From Ostrea edulis (taxonomy: Eukaryota), in contig NC_079167.1 of the NCBI RefSeq assembly GCF_947568905.1, positions 20,150,001 to 20,214,000 of the forward strand: a stretch of DNA of 64,000 bases, given 5' to 3'. Below, piece by piece: positions 51,371 to 62,718 of this stretch; position 1 is the first letter of the stretch; the number at the start of each line of letters is the position of its first letter. Below the pieces are notes generated by a model. That model was not told the origin of the DNA, searched no databases, and was given only the letters and a program-made list of their open reading frames with translations. The position numbers and the translations under genes are program-made.

Positions 51371-53383
51371 AACAAGAGGCCCATGGGTCACATCGCTCAC
51401 ATGAGTCACTTTGGCCATGCTGTTGTTCAGCTATTGTGATTTTTAAAAGATTTGCTTTTTGCAATCTTTATTACCATCAAAAAGTTTGACCTTCATATTG
51501 TGGCCCCAACCTAGTCCAATAGGGTCACGGTATAACCATGATACAACGTCACAAGATAAAAAAAAATGGTATAAAATATAAGATATTGCCATAAGGAATA
51601 TGAAAGCCCTAACTTAATAGTTCAGGAGATACTGCCTAAGTTAGGTCTCATAAAAGTAGGTAAAACCCAAAAGTCAAGGTCAAAAACGTTGATACCAAAA
51701 GAAAGGTAGTATCACAAGGTAGCCAAATATGAAAGATTGATTGAATATTGTTTAACGTCCCTTTCGAGAATCTTTTATTCATATGGAGACGTCACCATTG
51801 CCGGTGAAAGGCTGCAAAATTTAGGTCTATGCTTGGCACATACGACCTTTGAGCAGAGAGGGGTCTTTATCGTGCCACACCTGCTGTGACACTCAGTTTT
51901 TATGTTCTCATCCGAAGGACCGCCCCATTTAGTCGCCTCTTATCACAAGCAAGGGGTACGGGGGACCTATTATAACCTGGATCCCTACGGGACATATCCA
52001 CATATGAAATATGAAAGCCCTATCACTAACCATTAAAAACTTCTGAGCAAGGATCAAGTTTCAAACAGATAGGACAAAAACAATATCCCCCTTACCTTAG
52101 TCACGGAGGCACAAAATTGAATCAGCACAAAGGAATATTTACCTTTGATATGATTTAGTGTGGATCTGCCAATCTTGAAAATGTTTGGTTTTAATGTCCT
52201 GTATAATCCCATATCAGATTTTGATATCCTATTATGGCTCCATCCCTACCCCCAGAGCCCGTATACTGAAGAAACTTGAATTTGCGTGACCTGAAGATGC
52301 TTGTATATCAATATGACTTATCATGACTCCTCTGTTCTTGACAAAAAGATTTTTATAAAGACGTTTCCCTATATATTCCCAAATCAAATATTGATCCTCT
52401 ATTGTGATCCTATCCTATTCCCGGGGATTATCATTTGAACACAATTCAATCAACACTACCTGGGATTGCTTGTATATTAATATGACTAATCATAATCCTG
52501 TTGTTATTGAGAAGATTTTTCCTATATATTCACACGTAAGATTTTGATCATACTGTGGACTCATCCTTCAATCGGGGTTCCCAATTTGATGCTTGCATAT
52601 TAATAAGAGTAAATTAACCATGGCTATATTGTTCTTGAGAAGATTTTTTAAAGATTTATGCAATATATTCCAATTTGAAACATTGATCCCCTATTGTGGC
52701 CCCATCCTACCCTGGGGTTCATGATTTGATCAAACATTAATCTACACTAGGCTGCTTGAATATTAATAATAATCAGGACCTTGTTCAGGAGAAGAAGATT
52801 TTTAAAGGTTTACATCATCCTATATATTCCCATGCAAAACTTTGATCCCCTATTCTGGTCACACCCTACCCGCGGGGGCTATGATTCGAACAAACTTAAA
52901 TCTACACTATGTCAGGAAGCTTTTATGTAAGTTTCAACTTTTCTGGCACAATGGTTCTTGAAAAGAAGTTTTTAACAATAAAAAAATAAAATTATCCTAA
53001 TTTTGCATTTTCTTGATTATCTCTTCGTTGGAGAGAGAGCACGGCCCTTCATTTGAACAAACATGAATCCCCTTCACCTAAGGATGATTTGTGCCAAATT
53101 TGTTTGAAATTGGCCCAGTGCTTCTTAGTAAGGAAGATTTTTAAACGATACCACAATTCATATTACTAATTCCTTATTATCTTCTCTTCAAAAAGAGCAT
53201 GGCACTTCATTTGAACAAACTTTAATCCTTTTTACCCAAGCATGCTTTGTGGCAAGTGTGGTGGAAACAACCATACAGTTCTTGAGAAGTTGAAAATGTT
53301 ACATATTTATGTAGAAACCGATGGGCGCCGGACAAAAAGTTATATAAAAAAAGCTCACATGAGCTTTCCGCTCATATGAGCTA
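51371..53383 (-). mobile_element. Non-autonomous Helentron (HINE-type) carrying Cg170-like tandem repeats
   Basis: One end aacaagaggcccatgggtcacatcgctcacatgag; the other gctcacatgagc-tttcc-gctcatatgagcta (palindromic subterminal repeats). Several ~165-bp degenerate monomers at ~52190-53000. Architecture matches the HINE elements described in Pacific oyster. Confidence 0.8.
51735..51991 (-). mobile_element. Short retroposon nested in the HINE; non-tRNA head
   Basis: 3' body and (CAAT)n tail match the SINE at 56421. The 5' part is cccgtagggatcc...ttgcttgtgataagaggcgactaaa instead of a tRNA head. Confidence 0.7.
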
Positions 53384-53597
53384 CAATCGAGATTATTGAA
53401 AAGAAGACTAGATCATTTATATATAAATTACAATGAGTCAATACAACGATATCCATTACAAATAAAGTAGTGATTGCAGACGGATGATAAGGAAGGAATG
53501 CTATGGCAACCGTAGTACCATAATTATCAAGACGTTGTCAACCTTTTTATACTTTTTAATAGACAAACATACAAAACAAAATCCCTCTACTCACGGA

Positions 53598-54964
53598 TAC
53601 ATCATCATTATTCATTTTATCATCCAGACCTTTTATTAATCCTTTAGAAAGTGTGAGGCCTGGCTGTCCCGTCGTGATCGAAGTCTTTCTTTCCATACTT
53701 GGCGATACTGCACATTCTAGGTCACGTTTTACTAACTCATCCCGCGTCAGCTTTGGTCTGTCTGGAACTCGATATCTAGTGACATTCAGTGTACGAACCT
53801 GTGATATCCGACCTGTACTACGCTCAACATAGCCTAACCATCCCAGCCTACATGTCTGGAGAATATCGTTAATGTTTCTCATGGAAGGCGAGGATAACGA
53901 GGAGCGATCAATCTCACAACTCCCACTAGGAATACAAAATAAAGAGTCGGGCAAACACGAACTCCTGGACATACCAGAGGTGGAACCAGGTGCCCAGGAG
54001 GAGCAAGCATCCTGTTAAGCCCTGTTAAGCTAATTAATGAAATTTGAAGATAACGAACAGTTATCAAAATCATAACTCCTGTAAGCGACTCAAAAGGGGA
54101 CATTATTTCAGGATTGACAAGGCAAATTTATCCTATCTTGGCTTTGTCGTTGCGCATCAGTTTCCTTAGAGTGGAGGTTGTTAATGCCCATGTTTCAGAA
54201 CCATATAGCAACACGTCTAATGTAGATTGGATATAGACGGTCCCTGGTTGTGATTGCCAGATGTTTGCTCGTCAGGATTGGAAGAAGTTCTCTGAATTTT
54301 TTCCAAACAGACTTACACCGTGTTGTTGCTACAAGTTCACAGCCATCGCGAGAGTGTTCACAAGGTAACAGAAGTCCGCTAAAACTTCAAGTGTCACCTC
54401 ACCAATTTTTACCTCTATCAAAAGGTCGAGCGAGTCCATGACAACGCGGGCACTTGTATCTTGGATTAGATTTAAGAGGACCATTGATTCCACTACATTT
54501 CTTATGGACCCAGCGTGAGCAGCTGTTACAGAAGACGGAGTTCCTGTCTCTGGCTTTTAGACAGACTGCATATGGGTACTTTCCTTAACTTCTCATAAAT
54601 TCCATATTCAGCCTGATATCATCTTTTTGGTCTTACCCATGTTGACCTTGAATCCTTTCTCCTCCAAGCTCTTCTTCCACTTGGCCACTCTTTCAATCAG
54701 AGACAGCTGCTAGATCATTAGTATATAGGAGCTTTTAATTAAGGGCATCTTTACGAAATTGGATTGACAGCGCTTCCAGAACAACGATAAACAGCAACGG
54801 ACTCAAAACAGATCCTTGATGAACACCAATATTGACATTAAACTCATCCCTGTAGCAATCTCCTACTCGAACACGGCTTCTCGCATTAGGGTATATGATC
54901 TACACTTTATTAACTAATCCATTCTTTAACACGTAACTTAAGCATCGCCCACCAGATGGATTTA
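53598..54964 (-). mobile_element. 5'-truncated RTE (BovB-like) LINE with 20-bp TSD and a nested Naiad 3' fragment (53884-54085)
   Basis: Minus strand encodes GVHQGSVLSPLLFIVVLEALS, WKKSLEEKGFKVNMGKTK and RLGWLGYVER. (ATG)-like tail near 53600. aaaatccctctactcacgga at 53578-53597 and 54965-54984. Confidence 0.8.
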
Positions 54965-55345
54965 AAAATCCCTCTACTCACGGAAATGAATTAAAAAATC
55001 TCTCCACTCACGGGAATGAATTAAAAATATCTTCTCTCATGGGAATGGATTAAACGTATCTTCTCTCATCGGAATGGATTAAACATATCTTCTCTCTCAT
55101 TGGAATGAATTAAAATTATCTACTCATGGGAATGAATTTAAAAATCTCTCTACTCACGGGAATGAATAAAAAAAAAACCTCTACTTCACGGGAATGAATG
55201 AAAAAAATCTCTCTACTCACGGGAATGAATTAAGAATATCTCTTCTCACGGGAATGGATTAAAAAACCCTCTACTCACGGGAATGAATTAAAAATTCTCT
55301 CCTCTTATGGGAATGAATTAATAATATCTCTTCTCACGGGAATTG
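54965..55345. repeat. Minisatellite, ~13 x ~30 bp
   Basis: Unit aaaaatctctctactcacgggaatgaatt. Confidence 0.9.
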
Positions 55346-55590
55346 ATTTCAAAATAGAAAGAAGATTTTTCACCTTTACTTTACAGATGAGATGAAATCA
55401 ATTTGATCGGAAATGCATATGTACAGGTATTTCCAGAATTTCTGTTGATTTTATCTCTCTTATGATGACTACTTAATCGAAATTTCTCATGATGACCTTT
55501 TTCAGTTTAATGTTATTATCATTATCATCATCATCACCATCATCATGGAAAAGAATATTGTATTTTATTTCATACAAAAAATCACACAGG

Positions 55591-55810
55591 GAACATACAT
55601 CAAAAGATTATCCGAACATACATCACAAGATATTGAACATACATCACAAGATTATCGAACATACATCACAAGATATTGAACATACATCACAAGATTATCG
55701 AACATACATCACAAGATATTGAACATACATCACAAGATTATCGAACATACATCACAAGATATTGAACATACATCACAAGAAATTGAACATGCATCACAAG
55801 ATTATCGAAT
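55591..55810. repeat. Minisatellite of alternating 21/22-bp units
   Basis: gaacatacatcacaagatatt / gaacatacatcacaagattatc; decayed monomers at ~57030-57190 and ~58160-58270. Confidence 0.9.
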
Positions 55811-56420
55811 ATAGCAACATTTTACACGCCATATCAGCAGGGATTTTAAATATTTCTGTTTTAAAACTGCATTTCTAAAAAATAAATAAGGCAAAATCCA
55901 AAGTATTTAATTCAAAATATTATATTACATAACCACCACTTTCATCTACATCAGATTTATCTGGTATGTTTTTCCCCTTTATAGACGTGCTTTCGATGGC
56001 GATGAACTTGATTACACGACACGATCTATCTATTTAGACTGCCTTACCGCACACGACAATGTTGGAAATTACAAATAGCTTGATAAATGAGATATTGATA
56101 TTGCATTTATTTATAGATAAAAGCTTTGACAGATAAAGGTGAATCATCTGTAATTGAAGACATTTTAAATAAAACTGAAAGTATTTTGCTATATCATGAA
56201 ATGTGTGCATAACACTTTTTAAATCAAAACAAATTACATTTCGCGCTTGTAAGAAACAAATTTCATCTCTTTTTTAAAAAATGCATGAGGGTATTATGAA
56301 ACATCGCAGTTCATACCCTCAAGTATTTTAAAAAATAACAATAGCCGAGTTCAACTTCGTTGCAACTTGGCTAAAAATCATTTTTACATGTATATTTACA
56401 TTCTACTTTCATTTCTGTCG

Positions 56421-56617
56421 CGGTGATCTAGAGGTTAGAGCGTTCGCCCTGCATGCGGAAGGCCGGGGTTCGAATCCCGGCCGCGACAGACCTAATTCTT
56501 TAAAACAGGTAGTGACAATTCCATCGCCAAACGCTCGGCATCAGGTGTGAATGTCACGAGTCCTCGGAGATTACTTTAAAAACGGATGTCCCTAAATTTG
56601 AAGCCCTTCATGGGTCT

Positions 56618-56651
<34 letters not shown>

Positions 56652-56712
56652 TCGAGAGAGAGAGAGAGAGAGAGAGAGACGTAGAGACGTTAAACAAGAT
56701 ACAATCAATCAA
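56421..56712 (+). mobile_element. tRNA-derived SINE with 12-bp TSD
   Basis: B-box ggttcgaatcc, (CAAT)n tail, and tcatttctgtcg duplicated at 56409-20 and 56713-24. 3' scraps of the same family at ~25-70 and ~58445-58510. Confidence 0.9.
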
Positions 56713-58854
56713 TCATTTCTGTCGAATTCCCAGGCGATAAAATAGATAGACGTATTTAACAAGATTATATTCGTATTGTTTACAACCGCAGCGCGTTTAT
56801 GTCCATCATTACTATTTGTTAAGATATCCAAGGCAAAAGCATTGGAAATATAGATAATAGAAAATGACCTTAGATACAAGCTTTTTCAGACCTACGATTT
56901 GCATCTGATAAATTCTTCAGAATAGATGCAATAAACACCGCGGTCCTCGCTGATTTCGTCACAGAACATACATTTTGTAGGTCCTGTTTATTGCACATGT
57001 ATAAGAATTATACAATGTTCGCAAATAAATATCAAGATTATCGAATACAAATCAAAATTTTCGAATAGGAACATTAATTTTTTTTAAATACAAATCAAAA
57101 TTTTCGCATATAGATACAACTGTATCAAGGTTATCGAATATAAATCAAACTTTATGGAATAGAAATAACAAGATCATCGAATATTAATCACGGTGTACAG
57201 TCACTTAATCTTTTCTCTTATATTTCTTGTAAAATTGGCATTGCTTTCATCATAGACAATGAATGCATGTTTGTTGTTAACTAGTTCGATCCGGTTTTTA
57301 GTACCACCTGTCCATGTAATCATTACCAAATATGGAGCGTCATCAAGGTCAAGGAGTGCATTGGCTGTTCCGTTTATCGTAACGAATGGGTCATAACATC
57401 TGAGAGCTGAATGTCAATCATATTCCATGTAAGAATATAGCAAAATGTGCGGATGAAAATAAATGACATAGAAAGAATACACAAATAAAAATAATACCTT
57501 CATGTTTAAAACAATTATTATGATGAATACAAAACATACCGTATGGTACATGAGGGTGGAAAACAATGTTTTAACAGAACCAGAAAAAACATACTAAAGA
57601 GCATATAACGCAGATATACACTGTACCTATGTCAAAATACAAGTTTAACTACTTACAGTTCTATCGCAAAAATGTAACTGGACATCCTCAAAAGGCGAAA
57701 AATGCAATACTGTACATCATCAAAGTGTGACTAGCATATCATACCCCAATACTAGAAATAAATGAGTAATGTTACATACAGCTATATCACAATTATTACC
57801 CGTGATAAATGCCCCCCAATGGGAGCGCTATCTCCCCAGGAGTAAGGGTGGCCGGAGGTCTCTTTGTTTACATAAAGTGGAATGCGCATCAGTTCAAGTA
57901 ACTCGATCAGAGATTAAATTAGTCGTCTATAAAAAAAAAAGTGCAGATTGGCAGATAACAATCCATATTGGATGCAATATGAATAATTTATTGCCATAAA
58001 TTATGTTAAATATAAACAATAGAATGTCTCTCTTTGTTGTTTCATCGAGTAATGAAGGTAGCAATCATTGCACACACAAAATACATAACCCGCTTACGCG
58101 AGTAACCTTCATCACCCGATAAAACAACATTGCATATAAATCAAAGTTTTCACAGATAAATATCAAGATTATAGAATGTACATCAAAAACTTAATACGCA
58201 TATATATCAAGATTATTGAATATATATCAAAATTTTCACATATAAGTATCAAGATTATCGAATAGGAATCAATCTTGAATTTTTGCACCTATACAAATCA
58301 AGATTTTTACAATATTGTAACATTTTACACGCCATAATCACAGGTATGATAGCAGCATGTGAGGGAAATCCATGGTCAATATCTATAAAACACGTATAAT
58401 AATAAACTACCTGTATCACAACTTGTAAGTTCAGTACTATTAAATTGATTGATTAATTGTATATTGTTTAAAGTCCCTCTCGAGAACAATTCACGCATAT
58501 GGAGACGTCAGTACTATTTAATAAATCGTGCTACATGTATAGATAATTATTTACTGAAACAAGTATTTTTTCATTCAATAAATGAATCATTGATTGGAAA
58601 AGTATTCTTTATAAAACGTGAAGAAAAATAAAAATCTTACAAATAACTAGTATGACTACGTGAATTGAGAAATATTTCCGAAAAACGCAATCCATGTATT
58701 AAACCACTACTAATTCTAACGTTGTCTTTTGTTTAATTTTACAACATTTTCCAAAAGTCAGCAAACAATAAACGTCAAGAATTTCAATTTTAACACAAAA
58801 ATAATGTTTCTTGGTTTTCTTAACAGTTAACATGCATAATCAAGCCTTTGATGT

Positions 58855-59003
58855 TAAAGACTTCCGTGTTCAGAATTGCGTACTCATCAGAATCAATCGA
58901 TGTATTTGTGTTCCGAACATATAAAAGGACCGTTCTCCCTAGTTCTTGCAGTTTGGGCTGCCATTCGAAAGAAGAGACATCCAAGAACAGAAACAACCAA
59001 AAG
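58855..59003 (+). promoter_or_regulatory. G6 promoter and non-coding exon 1
   Basis: CTTCCGTGTTC (58861), CATCAGAATCAATCGAT, TATAAAA (58920), donor after 59003. About 10 bp shorter than G4/G5 just upstream of the TATA box. Confidence 0.75.
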
Positions 59004-59159
59004 GTACCTTCAGCTTTTCTTTTCAATTTGTTTGTATTTTACTAGTCTTAATTATTGGATGACTATTCGTCTTATCATCTTATATTTTAGTTCCAAGTTA
59101 TTGCTTTTAATTTAAATCAAACAATCTCTAACTGATGGCTATCTATTTTGTAGATCACC

Positions 59160-60292
59160 ATGCTGAAGGAATTTTGTTTTCTGTTAATGGCCACATACGT
59201 GGTGGCAACCTATGGCACAGGTATAATTGCTGAATTTCTCTGAATCCTTGATAAGTTCCGTGTTCAATAGAACATTTTGATATTGCATGCCCGTTTCTTT
59301 ACTTTCACAGGTTACCCCTCACAACCAAGCTATCCAGCCCCGACCTACCCCAACAGTGGATATCGTTATGTCGTCTACGTCCAATACCTCTACTACTTGT
59401 ACGCTGTGTACGGTCCCAACTCTGTCCAATACATTCAGTATTACCAATACTTGATCAGATTGCACATCATTCCTCAAGGATTCTCTTTTGGATCTGGCGG
59501 ATTCCCAGGTGGTATTGGTGGAGGTAGAATTATAGGGGGTGGTAGCGGCATAACCCCGATCGGAGGAGGATATATCCCAGGTGGTGGTTTCCCAGGAAGC
59601 AGCGGAGGATTTCCCGGCGGTAGAGGAGGAAGCTCTCTGAGTTTATCAAGTGGATCTGGATTTTTCTCTGGATCCGGAGGCGGTTTCCCAAGTGGCGGAT
59701 TTCCTAGCGGTGGATTCCCAGGCGGACTCTCCTCCGGCGGATTCCCCGGTTCCGGAAGCGGTTTCCCAAGTGGCGGATTTCCTAGCGGTGGATTCCCAGG
59801 CGGACTCTCCTCCGGCGGATTCCCCGGTTCCGGAAGCAGTTTCCCAAGTGGCGGATTTCCTAGCGGTGGATTCCCAGGCGGACTTTCCTCCGGCGGATTC
59901 CCCGGTGGATCTTTCCCCGGATCTGGAAGTGGTGGATTCCCAGGCGGACTCTCCTCTAGCAGTTTTTCTAGCGGTAGTTCCTTCCTGAGCAGCGGCAGTT
60001 TAGGTGGTGGTCCCGGCGGTATCGGAGGTGGTCCTGGAGGAATCGGTGGAGGAATTGGAGGAGGAATAGGAGGAGGAATTGGTGGAGGAATAGGAGGAGG
60101 AATTGGAGGAGGAATAGGAGGAGGAATTAGAGGCAGAAAGAAGCTTGGTAATCTTGCATTTCTTTTTCAATTTCTTACAAGATTTAAAGGTTTCTGATAC
60201 CTTATTTTTGTCAAAGGCAAATCAAAATGAATTTTATAAAGTAAGAAGATATGACATAGATGTGTATTTTTATATTTCCAGGTTATTACTGA
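59160..60292 (+). CDS. G6: shematrin-like GGFP-repeat secreted protein, 302 aa
   Basis: Exons 59160-59220 (MLKEFCFLLMATYVVATYGTG), 59311-60147 and 60282-60292; ends RKKLGYY*. AATAAA at 60372. Confidence 0.92.
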
Positions 60293-60856
60293 ACTGCTCC
60301 TATATTGACTGGGATGAATGTAAAGACACTGAATTAATATTTCATGTATAGGCTTACTTTTCAAATTGTGGAATAAAAAAGAATGACGCCCAAAGTTGTC
60401 TTGTATAGAACTACAGTTGATGTTTGAGTACTGGTTGTAAGATGTAACAAAAGTATAAGAGGCAGTTCTTGTTAACTTCACACCGAATAAAGAAAGTGTT
60501 CTTCCTCGTATGTTATCAATGGAATACAAATAACCAATCTTCAAACGTCCCAGGGTTTTAAAACGCTTTGTAAAAAACAAAGTAATTGCGAATGTTTATT
60601 GATCACCATAAATGACTAACGACACGAACAATATGGAATTGTCGTATTATCTCTGGACGACATGTCTCTTCTCCAGGACGAGAGAATATTTACACAGAAT
60701 CGAAAATCAAATTAATATAATAAAAACAAAGACAAACTATCATTAAAACTAAACTACACAGGTAAGGGAAAATCGGAACGTCCACACATTGTAAGGTCAT
60801 TCATGGAGCTATATCTGTTGTCAACGAGAATCAAGACTTTGCAGCACAATCGCGCG

Positions 60857-60857
<1 letters not shown>

Positions 60858-60897
<40 letters not shown>

Positions 60898-60941
60898 TAA
60901 AATAAGTCCCTGGTATAGGCATATGTGAAATCTTCATCTGA

Positions 60942-61002
<61 letters not shown>
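60858..61002. repeat. (TA)n and compound (TC)n(TA)n microsatellites
   Basis: Direct inspection: 60858-60894 and 60951-61002. Confidence 0.95.
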
Positions 61003-61006
<4 letters not shown>

Positions 61007-61113
61007 TGATATTCTTGTCTTTCTACCAGACACAAGTATTTGTCAATTCTATAGGATATAGGATAGACCGAATTTTACATGATGACAAAAAAATAAGGTA
61101 TAGTGTCTTTGCA

Positions 61114-61194
61114 ATCTGATTAAAATACAGATCTTTCATATAGCGCACAGCGCAGAGCTGTGCGCTATTTGAGAGATCTGTATTTTAATCAGAT
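61114..61194. repeat. Near-perfect hairpin, 38-bp stem with a 5-nt loop
   Basis: atctgattaaaatacagatctttcatatagcgcacagc-gcaga-gctgtgcgctatttgagagatctgtattttaatcagat (2 mismatches). Confidence 0.9.
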
Positions 61195-62718
61195 CGGGGT
61201 CGTGGGAGTATTTTAGAGTGAGAACATGACTTTTGTTTTTTCCCTATAAAATAGATTGAAACAGGAAGTCCTCCTGAGGGATATGCAATTTTGTCAATTA
61301 AAACTAATTTTCGTATTACTAAAAAATCATTGCTGTGATTGTGTTCTACTGGGGACAAAAAGTCTTCTTTTTTTAGATTAAGGGGATAAAGTGACACTTC
61401 AGTACGACGCTATTTCCATGGAAAATACAGTCCCCTTTAACGAAAGTTCCCAAGTTTCCATTCTAGTGTTAAAAGTTACATCTGGGTGCGAAAAGTGTGA
61501 TGTGGCTTTATGATGTACATGCATCAAGAATGACGAAGATACCTTCTTAACTGGGACAGCTTTTAGTCGCCATTGATTATAAAATTTTGTTCCTTACAAA
61601 CCGTATTTCAAACCTTCAAAGCCACGTTGGATGGTGTCATGATTATGTGAGAGACGGTTCGTTTGGATTGATGGTTTTGCTTTGTGATACACACTACTTT
61701 ACCTTTTATTCCCCAATATTTACTTTTTTATCCTTCAATAAAAAAGCATCAGAAAGTTTTAATGATATATTCTTATAACTGTAAAGACCGAACACTGAAG
61801 TCAGGCGTATGAGCATTCTCGAGCTTGGCCTACACGTGTGTAGAATGAAAACAAAGATTCGTTGCCCATTTCCATTTCAGACAACGTAAATGCCTAGGGA
61901 AGTTGATCCTACCTCTGATGTGGTTAATATTACCAACCAAATACAAGAAATTATTCCAATTGCGGGATTTTTCAACAATTCTTCACTCAGTAATTGTACT
62001 TTCAATTTATCGAAGTGACACCATGGCCGATGAGCACCAGTGATTCTATCTACGCTGTTTATGATTAGAAAATTAAAAAAAAATTATAAATGAATTGTTT
62101 AAAGGTCAGATTGTACAACTTTGTTAATAATTTGATATTTAATTGAAAATTAATTCACGAATTGGTCTCAAGACAAAACACGGAGAATATACTTTGTCAA
62201 AATTTTGTTCACTTGTATCAAGATGTACAATGTATCTAGCACTAATGTTTAAAAACTGCTTGTTTATCTAAAAACAACAACAACAACAAAAAACATTAAA
62301 TAAAAACTTGTACTGTAAATTTTTATTTGTTTATGAATATTATTTCAGAAGTTTGTTAGATTCTGATTTTAGATTTAAGCTAGTCTATTCTTAGTTTAGG
62401 GTCTCGAGGCTTGGTTTATTATTTTTTCAGCATCACGCACTCTTTTCTTTCGTATGACATCATACATGTATGCACTGTATCAGTGGCTGCTCCATTAATC
62501 GCTACTTATCCAAAATGATTTGGCTGGAATTTAAAAAAAAAAATGTACACATCAATTGATTGATTGTCTGTTTTACGTCCCGTTAAAAATGTTTCACTCA
62601 TATTGAGACATCACCAGCTGTAGGTGAAGTACCTCAAATTTAGGTCTATGCTTAGCGCTCAGGGCCGTAGCAGTGAGGATTCTTTAATGTGTCAACGCCT
62701 GTCGCGACACGGGACTTA

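Noticed and set aside
53556-53972. 138-aa minus-strand ORF
   Set aside because: Chimera of a Penelope 3' fragment and the RTE C-terminus; not a host gene.
24773-59988. Alternative-frame acidic ORFs (MDLDFSLDPEAVSQ..., at 24773, 36785, 50433 and 59650)
   Set aside because: Frame-shifted readings of the same repeats; no splice or start context.
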